DNA of 64,000 bases from Candidatus Anderseniibacteriota bacterium (lineage in GTDB: Bacteria; Patescibacteriota; Andersenbacteria; UBA10190), in the NCBI GenBank assembly GCA_040900375.1, contig JBBDZC010000015.1, positions 8,366 to 72,365 on the forward strand, read 5' to 3'. This document shows positions 18,318-28,170 of this stretch, piece by piece. Within the stretch, counting starts at the first letter, position 1. Each line of letters opens with the position of its first letter. The notes under the pieces are model-generated. The model was not told the DNA's origin. It worked only from the letters and a program-made list of their open reading frames with translations, and made no database searches. A program made the translations under genes and the position numbers.

Positions 18318-18514
18318 GTTTACCAGCCTACTACAGAAATCGCTTGGAGGTAATTCCCTAGCACCCTAAACACTATCGAGCATAAAAGAGCTATACTGTA
18401 TCGTATGTCTCCCTTGGCTAATCACGTAATGCTTTTCGGCAGTTTTTTTGGCACTGGCCTAGCCCTGGGATTCTTACTGGCCTACACCCTGATCGTGTCG
18501 GGGAGAAAACGTCT

Positions 18515-18739
18515 ATGAGTCTCGTCGAAGTTTTCGCTACTCTCCTGCACAGTTTTGCTTTTGTCGTACTGTATTTCATCACTGGCTTTGGCCCAGGCTT
18601 CATCCTCGGCATGATACTCGCTAATGCAATCTTTGGCCGGGGCCGGCCGGCCTATATTGACTCTCACCAAGAAGCTATTAAACGCGCCGCCCAGCATAAT
18701 GCCCAGTGGGCGCCGTCAAATGAGCGCTGGCAGCAATAA
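18515..18739 (+). CDS. small membrane protein, hypothetical
   Basis: GGGGAG 9 nt upstream of the ATG; two hydrophobic helices; a 29-codon hydrophobic mini-ORF (18431-18520) precedes and overlaps it. Confidence 0.35.
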   Translation: MSLVEVFATLLHSFAFVVLYFITGFGPGFILGMILANAIFGRGRPAYIDSHQEAIKRAAQHNAQWAPSNERWQQ

Positions 18740-18763
18740 GCGTGCGCTCCTAACTTTGTATTT

Positions 18764-20170
18764 CTAGAGTGTAATAGTCTCCCCTTCTTCGGGACGCTCA
18801 ACCTGCCAATCCGGATGGCGGGCCGTAAGTTCGGCACGCAAAACATCGGCTTGCTCTGGCTCACCATGAATCAGCACCACACGTTGCAATCCGGGTACTG
18901 CTGCCAAATATTCCATGAGCTGACTCTGGTCGGCGTGAGCCGAGAATTCGTTGAAGAGGTGGATTTCTGCGCGGGGCACAAAAGATTCTCCATACAACTC
19001 GACGTGCGCCGCCCCTTCCAGTAACCGTCGTCCGAGCGTACCTCGAGCTTGGTAGCCTGTGATAAAAATAGCGTTGCGGGGGTCACTAATCGTGTGCCGT
19101 AAGTGATGTACCACGCGGCCGGCAGTCATCATCCCCGAAGCCGCAATAACAATAAAGGGACCAGGAGTAGTATTTAACTGTTTTGATTCCTCAATTGAGC
19201 GAATATAGGTGAGGTTACGAAAGGCTAGGGGAGTGTGGTCTTCACCTTGAAAGTCACGCCATGTTTCTCCATCATAATCTTCTTTATAACGCTCAAAGAC
19301 ATCGGTAATTCGGGCAGCCAATGGTGAATCAACGTAGATTGGCAACCGAGGAATCTTTTTTTCGTCAGTGAGCTTATGTAAGAGATAAACAAATAGTTGC
19401 GTGCGACCAAGTGAGAAGGCCGGCACAATAATTTTGCCGCCGCGCTCGTTCACCCGAGTAATAACCTCGGCGAGACGCGCCAGCGCCGCGGCGGAAGACT
19501 CATGGTGTCGCGCGCCATATGTGCTCTCCACCAGGATCGCCTCAATATTTTCTGCCGGTACTTCTGGATCATAGAGAAGCGGCATGCCTGGTGAACCTAA
19601 GTCACCCGTGTACGCCAACTGCCGCGTCTGCCCCGCGACATCAACTTGCAGCACCGTGATTGCTGATCCCAGAATATGTCCCGCATCATAGAACTTAACC
19701 CGCATGTTGTCTGATAATTCATGCCAGGCATTGCGCACACGGCTGTACGGCACCGTCACAAAACGCTCTATGGTCGGCGCAATGTCCTCGGGCGTAAAGA
19801 GTGGCTCCCGATCGTCTGGCGCTCCCTGGTGGTGACGACGACGATACAAGGCATCTTGGATCTCAATCGCTGCCGCATCAGCCAGCATCTGCTGGGCCAC
19901 CTCTTGCGTTGCGGGTGTTGAAATGATCTTCCCTTGAAAACCCCGCTTCACGAGCAGCGGCAACATTCCGCAGTGGTCAATGTGAGCGTGCGATAGCAGT
20001 ACAAAGTCAATGGACTCGGGCGGAAAGGGCAGACTGCGATTCCGTTCGCGCATATCAGGCAACCCTTGGAAGGTTCCGCAATCAAACAAAATCCGCTTCT
20101 CACCTGCTGCCAGGAGATGTTTACTGCCGGTGACTCCGCTGGCACCACCGTAAAAGGTAATCTGCAGCAT
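18764..20170 (-). CDS. MBL-fold metallo-hydrolase of the beta-CASP RNA-metabolising family (RNase J/CPSF-like)
   Basis: HxHxDH motif (LLSHAHIDHCG) followed by beta-CASP and RMMBL-like C-terminus; 468 aa. Confidence 0.7.
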   Translation of the reverse strand: MLQITFYGGASGVTGSKHLLAAGEKRILFDCGTFQGLPDMRERNRSLPFPPESIDFVLLSHAHIDHCGMLPLLVKRGFQGKIISTPATQEVAQQMLADAAAIEIQDALYRRRHHQGAPDDREPLFTPEDIAPTIERFVTVPYSRVRNAWHELSDNMRVKFYDAGHILGSAITVLQVDVAGQTRQLAYTGDLGSPGMPLLYDPEVPAENIEAILVESTYGARHHESSAAALARLAEVITRVNERGGKIIVPAFSLGRTQLFVYLLHKLTDEKKIPRLPIYVDSPLAARITDVFERYKEDYDGETWRDFQGEDHTPLAFRNLTYIRSIEESKQLNTTPGPFIVIAASGMMTAGRVVHHLRHTISDPRNAIFITGYQARGTLGRRLLEGAAHVELYGESFVPRAEIHLFNEFSAHADQSQLMEYLAAVPGLQRVVLIHGEPEQADVLRAELTARHPDWQVERPEEGETITL

Positions 20171-20228
20171 CGTAGGTAAATCCGTTCACCAAGCCGCTCA
20201 CTTAAGATTGTCGCCTGCCGGGGTAAAT

Positions 20229-20753
20229 CTATTGGACGATAACAGTACCCGTGAACTGGGGATGCAGGTGGTCGTGGTACTGCCAACTACCTTGCTGGGT
20301 AAAGGTAAAACTATATGTCTCGCCAGTAGTCAGCCCCTGCCGCGCGTCAAACCCGGGCAGAATATCATGCGTGGGATGGAGGTCAGAAGCAGGCCAATGG
20401 GCTCCCTGGCCATTATTCACGAAAGTCACAGTCGTATTCGCAGGCACTGTCACACTTGCCGGACTAAAACCAGTATCCGTTATTGCCACCCGCACGGCCT
20501 GGGGAGCTGCAGGAGCAGTCGAGGCCGCTCCCATAGCGGCAGTTGGTGAAACACTAGGACCTTCACTAGGTAGAGCAGACGGTGGGACAACCAGAGAGTC
20601 TTCTTGAATAAATTCATCAGGCTCGGTATCAAAAACTGCGGTCGGCGAAGGAAAAGCTTCCTCGGCCGGGGTAGTCGAACGAACTACCAGCACGCCCCCG
20701 ACGATGATGGCAATAACAACGAGCAAACTACTCCAAATAACAGTACTACTCAT
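20229..20753 (-). CDS. cupredoxin-like domain protein, membrane-anchored
   Basis: N-terminal TM anchor from internal start MSSTVIW. C-terminal cupredoxin-type beta sandwich with His residues (HWPASDLHPTH...HDHLHPQFTGTVIV). Confidence 0.55.
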   Translation of the reverse strand: MSSTVIWSSLLVVIAIIVGGVLVVRSTTPAEEAFPSPTAVFDTEPDEFIQEDSLVVPPSALPSEGPSVSPTAAMGAASTAPAAPQAVRVAITDTGFSPASVTVPANTTVTFVNNGQGAHWPASDLHPTHDILPGFDARQGLTTGETYSFTFTQQGSWQYHDHLHPQFTGTVIVQ

Positions 20754-20877
20754 AAATAAGTTAAGAGAAATTAAGGCTCTTTTTTTTATTGTGCACTTTT
20801 CTGCCAGACAGTGCAACGACTACCTTTTTGAGCGGCCGTGATTGACCGCGCTACTGTGGCTCTTGAGATAGGCTCCG

Positions 20878-21345
20878 CTAGGATCTCGCGTTCTTGGAGA
20901 AATAGTGCCGATGGGCCACCACTTGCAGCGCCAGAGCGATAATTAGTAGATTCTTAATGATGTATTGACCCTCGAGCGTGGGCACGAGCATGCTGCTCCA
21001 TGTAACGGCCGGTAAAAGAATGATCGGCGCGGTGATCATAATCAGGTGCGGCAGTAGTAGAGCAATGGCCAGACGTTCGAGACGAGGCACGATAAACGTT
21101 AAACCAATTGCCATCTCATAGATTCCTAAGAGAACAATAAAATAACTAAAGGAGAAAAAAGGAAGTGTGCGCCCCAGTAAATCTGCCACCAAGGGATTTG
21201 CCGGGCTAGCATTAACGAGTTTGAGGGCCCCAAACCAAAAGTACACTAGAAATAAGGCAAAGCGACTCAAGGGGCCGCTCCACTGACGCACGAAATGCTC
21301 AAGGATGGTATCAATTTTTTGCATCGAAAGGTACTGCATAGGCAC
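20878..21345 (-). CDS. DoxX-family membrane protein
   Basis: 4 TM helices; DoxX-like pattern (LFLVYFWFGALK...). Confidence 0.5.
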   Translation of the reverse strand: MPMQYLSMQKIDTILEHFVRQWSGPLSRFALFLVYFWFGALKLVNASPANPLVADLLGRTLPFFSFSYFIVLLGIYEMAIGLTFIVPRLERLAIALLLPHLIMITAPIILLPAVTWSSMLVPTLEGQYIIKNLLIIALALQVVAHRHYFSKNARS

Positions 21346-21383
21346 TCATCACTAACTCCTGCCATTCACCAAAAGCAACTACC

Positions 21384-22136
21384 CTACGACTGCAAAGCCT
21401 GTTCCACAACCGCTTTAACCTGTTCATATGGCAAGGCCCCGGGAACAGGAAACTTTTGTCCACTAGGACCAACCACCACCGAGTAGGGTGTGCCGCGCGC
21501 GCCAGCTGCTTGCGCATCGGATATATCGGTCTGGATTCTTTCATCATATTTCGTTGAATTAAGACAAGCAGCAAATTGAGCTTGGTTAGGCACCCCCACT
21601 TCCTGCGCTAATTGCGGCAGTTCTTCAAGCTTGAGACCATCATTCGAGGGAGTAACTTCATAAATTTTATCGAGCAACTCCCAGAATTTACCCTGCTCCC
21701 CTGCACATTCAGTGGCCACCGCTTCGGCCTTGGCTTGACTATGAAGCTGCTCAATCGGGAAGTGTCGATATACCCAGCGCACATCTTGGGGATACTCGGA
21801 GAGCAGCCGCTGCATAGTAGGATGGAAGCGTTTACAGAAAGGACACTCCAAGTCAGAATATTCAATCACTGTCACTTTGGCGTTCTCTGGTCCGCGCGTG
21901 TGATCAGCCGCCGTGATCGGCCTGAACTCCCCGACGGCCGGCTCTACAGGGGCCGGAGGCGGCGGAGACGCTACGGTCCCTGCCACGCTAGGATCATTAG
22001 TAGCGGGGGAGGTAGCAGGCCCTCCTCCAAAGTAGATTGCCAGAGCAATTAAACCGCCCGCCATAACGATGGCCGCCGGCACACCAATATTACTAACCGT
22101 CGGTCGGGGCTCTACCGGAGGATTGGGAGTGTCCAT
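21384..22136 (-). CDS. DsbA-family thiol:disulfide oxidoreductase, second paralog
   Basis: CPFC active site (SDLECPFCKRFHP); N-terminal TM/Pro-rich linker. Confidence 0.7.
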   Translation of the reverse strand: MDTPNPPVEPRPTVSNIGVPAAIVMAGGLIALAIYFGGGPATSPATNDPSVAGTVASPPPPAPVEPAVGEFRPITAADHTRGPENAKVTVIEYSDLECPFCKRFHPTMQRLLSEYPQDVRWVYRHFPIEQLHSQAKAEAVATECAGEQGKFWELLDKIYEVTPSNDGLKLEELPQLAQEVGVPNQAQFAACLNSTKYDERIQTDISDAQAAGARGTPYSVVVGPSGQKFPVPGALPYEQVKAVVEQALQS

Positions 22137-22235
22137 AGGATATGTGTATGCTTAAATATTAGAGTCTTTTCACTATAAGTTCTTCGCCTAAGGAATACCA
22201 GAGGCCGGCTAACCGCAAGCAGCGTTCCATAATCT

Positions 22236-25200
22236 TTAGGCGGACAGCTTACCAGCCGCGACTAAGAGACAATATTCACATTGCCCACAAAACTGCTCAT
22301 TATCAGGCGCTAAAAAACGAAGAGCATTGATGTCGCGCCACACTTGTTGAATAATCACGCGGAGCGCCTTAGTATCGGTGGTTGTTAGTCCATACTTCTT
22401 TTTTATGTAGGCCTTTTTACTAGGGCTCTTTTCGACAAAATCAATCTCGCCGCTATGTATATCATAAGGAAAGCGCGGCGAACTATCCCCCAGTAGCTTA
22501 TAGAAGACTAGTTGGCGGTGGTAGTCCCCGCCCCGCTGCAGCGCCGCGCGTTTGGTGTCAGGGTTACCAGTCTTGTAGTCCACAACGTGCGCTGATCTCG
22601 CGGCCGCATCAATCTCAACCTTATCGATCATGCCGGTTAACGGCACGCTGTCAACCACAACACCATGGGCGCTAAAATTATATTCTAACAAGTTAGTGCG
22701 GGAACACGTGTCACGGTAATGCTCATAGTACTCACGCAAGACTTTGGTGCCGACATCGAGCGCGTCGCGATACTCGGCCTCAGTCAGCGACTCGCGCCGC
22801 AAGTGCTTGATAAAACTCTGGGTTAAATCCTTTGCTGTCGGTAAATGATCGTGAGTTATCCGGCTACAAAAATCGTAGAGCGCGCCATGAATCGCCGTCC
22901 CAAAAGCCATGTGCTTATTTTTAACACTGGGGACTCGCAACAGGTTACGGTAGTAGAAGAGCCGGGGACAGCGCAAGTAGTTATTAAGGTGCGTGACGCT
23001 CAAAACATACTGCTCCAATTGCATTGTAATATAGGTAGTGAGTTGTTCGTTTGGCGCAGCTGGTTCTACAGGGGTCACTGCCATGCTTAACCGCGCCAGA
23101 GTCGCCGGTGCTTTTTCCTCCACCACCTGTACAGTTTTGAGAGCAGGCGGAATCTCCTCCACAAAAATGGCTGGGACTTGGGCGCGGCCTGTACTGCTCT
23201 GGTGCGCCCAGGAAATATGTGCCATCCGCCGCGCTCGTGTGAGTGCCACATAAAATAAACGGCGCTCATCCTCGTTATTTTCCTCGCCGGTGATTTTGTC
23301 ATATTGCAGGAGCCCCTGGGGCAGTGGCACCATGGTCCGCTCGTGGAGGTTGCCCCAGTGGCGATCACACGCCCGCACAATGAAGACATGTTCAAACTCC
23401 AATCCTTTGGCCCGGTGTGCTGTCATTAGGCGTACGGCTTCACGCTGGCTCTGGAGACGAGCGGCTGGCACCACCACTCGGTGCACAGTTAAGAGATCAA
23501 CATAGGCCAGAAATTGCCCCAGCGTAAAGAGCCGCTGGTGCCGATCTTGCAATTTAATATCAGTAAATAACGTCGTAATACAGTTGAGCATGTTGAGGTG
23601 GTCAGCTTGAAGCAAAACATAATTGAGTAGCCCCGACTCACGTAAGACGTGAGCCACAAAGTCAGGCAAAGGCCGATTGTGGAGGAGCGCCTGCCACGCC
23701 GCAATTTTTTGGGTGAGCGTGAGCAGTGCTCGGGGTTGTTTCACCCCACTCGCTGCCAGGTGTTCCGGGGTACTCATTACCCGAAAAAGATCCAGCTTCT
23801 GCTCACGGGCATAGGCTTGGGCTTTAAGCACATCAAGCGTCGACAATTGCCAAAACTCGTAGTGCAGGATATTCCACAAAGTATCCCCGCGGCGCGGATC
23901 TTGAAGGTAACGCAATACCTCGAGAAATTGCTGGATAATAATGTCATCGAGGATATTGTGGCCACTTTCCACCTGCACCGGAATCCCCTGTTTACGCATG
24001 GCCTCAGCAAAATCAGCCGCATCAGCATTGCGGCGATACAGCACCGCGATTTCGGGGGCGGGCACACCGGCGGTAAGCAGCGCTTGAATTTTCTGGGCGA
24101 TGCCATATCTTTCCATGTCCCCATTGTCAAACTGCAAAATATCGATTGGTTTCGGCTCATATGCTTGCTGCGCCCGCAAGGGAGCTTGAGCAGCTGGCAG
24201 GTAGCGCTCAACCGACTCTTCGTTATGGCTAATAATGGCCGCCGCCGCATCTAAAATAGCTTGCTGGCTGCGATAATTATCCTCTAAAACAATCACCTGG
24301 GCGCTGTCACGATACTGCTCATAGAGAAAAAGCAGATTTTCCAGGGAAGCCCCTTGAAAACGATAGATTGACTGCTTATCATCACCCACGACAAAGATAT
24401 TGGGATTATCGTGAAACTGACCGAGTAGATAAATAGCTTCATTCTGCGCCCCGTTAGTGTCCTGATACTCATCCACCAAAATATACTGAAACTGTTCCTG
24501 ATAGCGCGCGAGCAATTCTTCATCCTCCTTAAAACGCTCGGCCACGAATAAAATCATGTCTTCATAATCATATCGTCCGCGCGTGCGCATCTTCTGTTGA
24601 TACGCTTCATACACTTTCTTCATATCCTGCTGTTTTGGCAAACGATTAGTGAGAGAATCGGTGAAACGCTTAAGATCATTCTTATATTTAGTGACGAGCT
24701 TGCCGACGGCGCGACGCTCGGCGGCGGGGGCAGCGGCGGTAAAGCGGCCATACATTTTTTCCAGGCGATCAAAATGAGGCGCCAGGCGGGAAAACTGGGA
24801 GCGTAACGCCATAAGTTCCTGGTGAACTTCGGCGACGGCCGCGGGCGTGCGCTCGGCTGTCGAACTGGTGATGAGTGGTTGGATAAGCGGTGCCATCGCC
24901 ACCACTAATTTCTTAGTTGCCGTCACCACCGCTTGGTACCGCCGACTCGTAACGTGCTCTTGTTTGAGCGATTGGATATTACCAGCAATATCAGACAGGA
25001 ATAGGTAGGGGTTACCAAAAGGCTTTAAGGGACTAGTCCCCGGTAGTTCATCGATAATTTCCCGAAAAAGTTCCAGGCGCTCTACCTCGGAGAGAACTTC
25101 GAGGTCACGAGCAAACGTGAACTTTTCGGGATACTCTTGGATGATATCATTGCAAAACGAGTGGAATGTATGAATCCGCACGTAGTACGCCGCCGGGCCA

Positions 25201-25457
25201 ATAATAGTCACCAGCCGCTTGCGCATGGCCGCTACACCGCTCTCTGTAAAAGTGAGGCACAAAATATTGTAGGGATCCATTTGTGTCTCCTGCAAAATCT
25301 TAGCAATTCTTAAAGCCAGGATTTGTGTCTTGCCCGTACCTGGACCAGCCAGCACAATCACCACCCCTTCAATCGCATCCACCGCCTGCCGCTGCGCGGG
25401 ATTAAGCTCCTGGTAGAGTTTTTTAAATACTTGGCCTGAATGTGGAGACGAGATCAT
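22236..25457 (-). CDS. UvrD/PcrA-family helicase fused to C-terminal PD-(D/E)xK nuclease with Cas4/AddB-like Fe-S cysteine cluster
   Basis: Walker A AGPGTGKTQ and UvrD motifs in the N-terminal 650 aa. C-terminal D...IDKVE...VVDYKTG nuclease motif with cysteines CPRLFYY...CGQCEYC. Confidence 0.8.
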   Translation of the reverse strand: MISSPHSGQVFKKLYQELNPAQRQAVDAIEGVVIVLAGPGTGKTQILALRIAKILQETQMDPYNILCLTFTESGVAAMRKRLVTIIGPAAYYVRIHTFHSFCNDIIQEYPEKFTFARDLEVLSEVERLELFREIIDELPGTSPLKPFGNPYLFLSDIAGNIQSLKQEHVTSRRYQAVVTATKKLVVAMAPLIQPLITSSTAERTPAAVAEVHQELMALRSQFSRLAPHFDRLEKMYGRFTAAAPAAERRAVGKLVTKYKNDLKRFTDSLTNRLPKQQDMKKVYEAYQQKMRTRGRYDYEDMILFVAERFKEDEELLARYQEQFQYILVDEYQDTNGAQNEAIYLLGQFHDNPNIFVVGDDKQSIYRFQGASLENLLFLYEQYRDSAQVIVLEDNYRSQQAILDAAAAIISHNEESVERYLPAAQAPLRAQQAYEPKPIDILQFDNGDMERYGIAQKIQALLTAGVPAPEIAVLYRRNADAADFAEAMRKQGIPVQVESGHNILDDIIIQQFLEVLRYLQDPRRGDTLWNILHYEFWQLSTLDVLKAQAYAREQKLDLFRVMSTPEHLAASGVKQPRALLTLTQKIAAWQALLHNRPLPDFVAHVLRESGLLNYVLLQADHLNMLNCITTLFTDIKLQDRHQRLFTLGQFLAYVDLLTVHRVVVPAARLQSQREAVRLMTAHRAKGLEFEHVFIVRACDRHWGNLHERTMVPLPQGLLQYDKITGEENNEDERRLFYVALTRARRMAHISWAHQSSTGRAQVPAIFVEEIPPALKTVQVVEEKAPATLARLSMAVTPVEPAAPNEQLTTYITMQLEQYVLSVTHLNNYLRCPRLFYYRNLLRVPSVKNKHMAFGTAIHGALYDFCSRITHDHLPTAKDLTQSFIKHLRRESLTEAEYRDALDVGTKVLREYYEHYRDTCSRTNLLEYNFSAHGVVVDSVPLTGMIDKVEIDAAARSAHVVDYKTGNPDTKRAALQRGGDYHRQLVFYKLLGDSSPRFPYDIHSGEIDFVEKSPSKKAYIKKKYGLTTTDTKALRVIIQQVWRDINALRFLAPDNEQFCGQCEYCLLVAAGKLSA

Positions 25458-25582
25458 ACATAAAACTGTAGCATATCGAAAATTAATCCTTCGGGTAATG
25501 AAAATACGGTATACTACACACAGCTACAGTCTTAATATCGCTTCAGGAGGGGAGGTGATTATCATGAAAATATCCAAAAATC

Positions 25583-26149
25583 ATGGTTGGTACTACCACT
25601 ATCATTGCCCTCGCCGCTCTTGTCGGCGGGCCCTTGGTAAGCCAGGCCGCTGATACCGTCGAGCAAACGAATGAAGACACCGGCAATAACTCCACTAATC
25701 GCAACCGCGCCCGGATCAACCGCCGGCACCGCCATGATCAAACCAATGTCGGCACAGCGGTTAATATGATTGGTATCAATGCCACAACGGGCAAGAATAA
25801 GTCCAATCAAAATACCACGGGTGGCGATATTAATAGTGGCGTCATTGATGTGGCCGGCGCAACTACCAACGAACTCAACCAGAATCCCGGTCCTCTGCCT
25901 TCGCCCATTACCAGCGAAGTCAATGCTACCCAGACAAACGACGATACGGGTAATAACTCCACTAATACCAATCGTCTTCGTGTCCGCGAGCGACAGCGGA
26001 CAACGGTGAACAACACCGCCGTGGCCAGTAACACAATCAACGTCACAGGGAATACTGGGCAAAACGAGTCCAACGAGAATACGACTGGCGGTACAACCAC
26101 CACTGGCGATGTCCTGTTGAACTTGAGTGCGGCTAATATACTCAATTAG
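25583..26149 (+). CDS. secreted N/T-rich protein with internal duplicated segment
   Basis: signal-peptide-like N-terminus (…LVSQA/ADT). About 60-aa segment repeated (TNEDTGNNSTNRNR… / TNDDTGNNSTNTNR…). Strong GGAGGGGAGG RBS lies 25 nt upstream of this ATG but 6 nt upstream of an out-of-frame ATG at 25564. Confidence 0.5.
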   Translation: MVGTTTIIALAALVGGPLVSQAADTVEQTNEDTGNNSTNRNRARINRRHRHDQTNVGTAVNMIGINATTGKNKSNQNTTGGDINSGVIDVAGATTNELNQNPGPLPSPITSEVNATQTNDDTGNNSTNTNRLRVRERQRTTVNNTAVASNTINVTGNTGQNESNENTTGGTTTTGDVLLNLSAANILN

Positions 26150-26996
26150 TCATCGGTCCGCCTTCAGGAGGTGGGAGGGACCTTCTGTGGCGGAACGAGG
26201 CACTACTACCTGAATGCCGCGACCATAGGTAAAGCCCGAGTCCCAGTAGTGGTATCGTTAGTAACTGCCCTTGGGCCAGAGTGAGATTGGCAAAGCTCAC
26301 CGCAAGCCCGTCTGGCTCGCGGAAAAAACCAGTAATAAGACGTAAAGTACTGTAGAGCAACAAGAATAAAGCCAGGACACGGCCCGGTCTAACCGGCTGG
26401 ATGCGGTAGAGATACCACAGACACACGACCGCAACGATGATATTTTTGAGTACAGCATAGAGCTGCACCGGATGGCGCAGTCCCGCCACACCAGGCATGA
26501 CTACCCCCCACGGTACACTGGTCACCGTGCCGTAGAGCTCACCATTAATAAAATTGCCGAGACGGCCCCCGGCTAAAGCTAGGGCTGCCGGTACAACCAC
26601 GACATCAAATAATTTCCAGGGGTCAATTCTAAGACGCCGACTAACCAGCCAGAGCGCTGCCCCCACGCCGATAAACCCGCCGTGAGACGCCATGCCACCA
26701 TGCCAGAGTTTAACAATTTCCAGCGGATAATTGAGATAATAGCTGGGTTCATACAGCAGGACATAGCCTAAACGCCCGCCAATTAAGACTCCTGCCATCG
26801 CGGCCAAAATAATGACGAGCCACTCGTCCGCAGTTAAAGCAAGTCCTCGCTGCTTCTGCAATCGCGGACAAAGAAACCACACACTGGCAAATCCCAGCAG
26901 ATACAATACCCCGTACCATGAGATTAATAGTCCGGCTATCTCTATAAAAATCTGGCGCGTGGGGAAAAAAGTAATCATAAGATTCATACTACACAC
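26142..26996 (-). CDS. lgt: prolipoprotein diacylglyceryl transferase
   Basis: Lgt family multi-TM protein with conserved GGRLGYV region. Confidence 0.85.
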   Translation of the reverse strand: MCSMNLMITFFPTRQIFIEIAGLLISWYGVLYLLGFASVWFLCPRLQKQRGLALTADEWLVIILAAMAGVLIGGRLGYVLLYEPSYYLNYPLEIVKLWHGGMASHGGFIGVGAALWLVSRRLRIDPWKLFDVVVVPAALALAGGRLGNFINGELYGTVTSVPWGVVMPGVAGLRHPVQLYAVLKNIIVAVVCLWYLYRIQPVRPGRVLALFLLLYSTLRLITGFFREPDGLAVSFANLTLAQGQLLTIPLLGLGLYLWSRHSGSSASFRHRRSLPPPEGGPMTN

Positions 26997-27009
26997 CGCC
27001 CGGCGGTAA

Positions 27010-27040
27010 TAAAAAAGGGCGAACCGTTTAAGTTCGCCCC
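27010..27040 (-). terminator. rho-independent terminator (minus strand)
   Basis: gggcgaac-cgtttaa-gttcgccc hairpin followed on the minus strand by TTTTTTATT. Confidence 0.55.
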
Positions 27041-27054
27041 GTTAGACTCTGGAG

Positions 27055-27504
27055 CTAACGAACAATACCTTTGATCATCGGGCGCAATCGCCGCCGCTTA
27101 AGCCCCCGCCGTTTCTTGGGAGAAGACTTTTTGCGAGGTTTGTGGACTGGCGTCCGCTTGCGACCAGACTGGACGTCATCCAACAACCGCCTCATGCCCG
27201 CCAGAGCATAGGGATCGTGGCCATTGACGTCACTCAAAGGCATCTTGAGCAGCAGTTTCACCTCCATCGCGTTGGTCGACAGCACAACAGTGACTCCCTG
27301 CCCCTGTATGCAGCCTTGATGCGCCAAACCGCGGATGTCGTGATCAGCTACCTCAACCATCGCCACCGTCTCATAGAGACCAATGGGTTGGTAACAAAGG
27401 CAGCAAGCCTGCGCCTTGAGACGGTTAGACACTTGATGCCCTTCGCCGGCTCCCAGGAGCTGTCCTACTTGGAAGAAGTCTGCCACTAACACTCGATCCA
27501 TCAT
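27055..27504 (-). CDS. hypothetical protein with Lys/Arg-rich C-terminal tail
   Basis: 149-aa ORF ending just upstream of a minus-strand terminator; basic tail RKRTPVHKPRKKSSPKKRRGLKRRR. Confidence 0.4.
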   Translation of the reverse strand: MMDRVLVADFFQVGQLLGAGEGHQVSNRLKAQACCLCYQPIGLYETVAMVEVADHDIRGLAHQGCIQGQGVTVVLSTNAMEVKLLLKMPLSDVNGHDPYALAGMRRLLDDVQSGRKRTPVHKPRKKSSPKKRRGLKRRRLRPMIKGIVR

Positions 27505-27585
27505 GGCGTAATCCTTGCAGAAAATGGCCTGGAACTAAAGAAAGAAAGCCTCTTCTCTCTCCGGCCCCGCCTTGCTCTCCGCCGG

Positions 27586-27996
27586 CTATTGCGCCGACGC
27601 CATGGCCGTCTTCTTCTGTGGCTTGGCTCCATTAAGGCCAAAACACTTGAGCACAGCTCGATTGACCTGTTCAACGGTCGGGTAACTGTACTGGCCCTCG
27701 TGCTGTGCCTCAAATTGGTCACAACTGCCCATCGTCACAAACACAATCTTTCCGTTGAGAAGGTAGGCGCGCACCGGCATGTAACCGCAGAACTGCACCC
27801 CCGTCACGTGACAGCGCAGGTGCTCCTGACATTTCCCCTGAAAGTTCTCCAAGGCGGCCACGGCCGCCGGATGGATAGCCTGCGAGAGAATCGTGCGAAT
27901 CCAGACCTTGGGCGCTTCCGCTTCCTTGACAATCTTTCCCACGAGAACACTCCTAAAAAACGTCCTTGATTGATCCACAACAGTGCCTCGTATCAA
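27586..27996 (-). CDS. hypothetical protein
   Basis: 136-aa ORF; competing plus-strand ORF 27589-27969 looks less protein-like; no domain recognised. Confidence 0.3.
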   Translation of the reverse strand: MIRGTVVDQSRTFFRSVLVGKIVKEAEAPKVWIRTILSQAIHPAAVAALENFQGKCQEHLRCHVTGVQFCGYMPVRAYLLNGKIVFVTMGSCDQFEAQHEGQYSYPTVEQVNRAVLKCFGLNGAKPQKKTAMASAQ

Positions 27997-28170
27997 GTTC
28001 CTGATAACCGAAAAGTGACCGCGATCTCCTTTCTTGGCTTTCTTGGCTTGAGTTTACAAAGTACTCTCTAAAACTACTGGAACATACTCCAGATAAATAT
28101 GACTATAGACCATCAGATATTTTTGTCAATGACGAATGACAAAATATCTGCCCCTTAATCATTTTAATCA

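Noticed and set aside
25562-26062. 166-aa minus-strand ORF opposite the N/T-rich protein gene
   Set aside because: Antisense shadow of the repeat-containing plus-strand gene. No RBS or independent signal.
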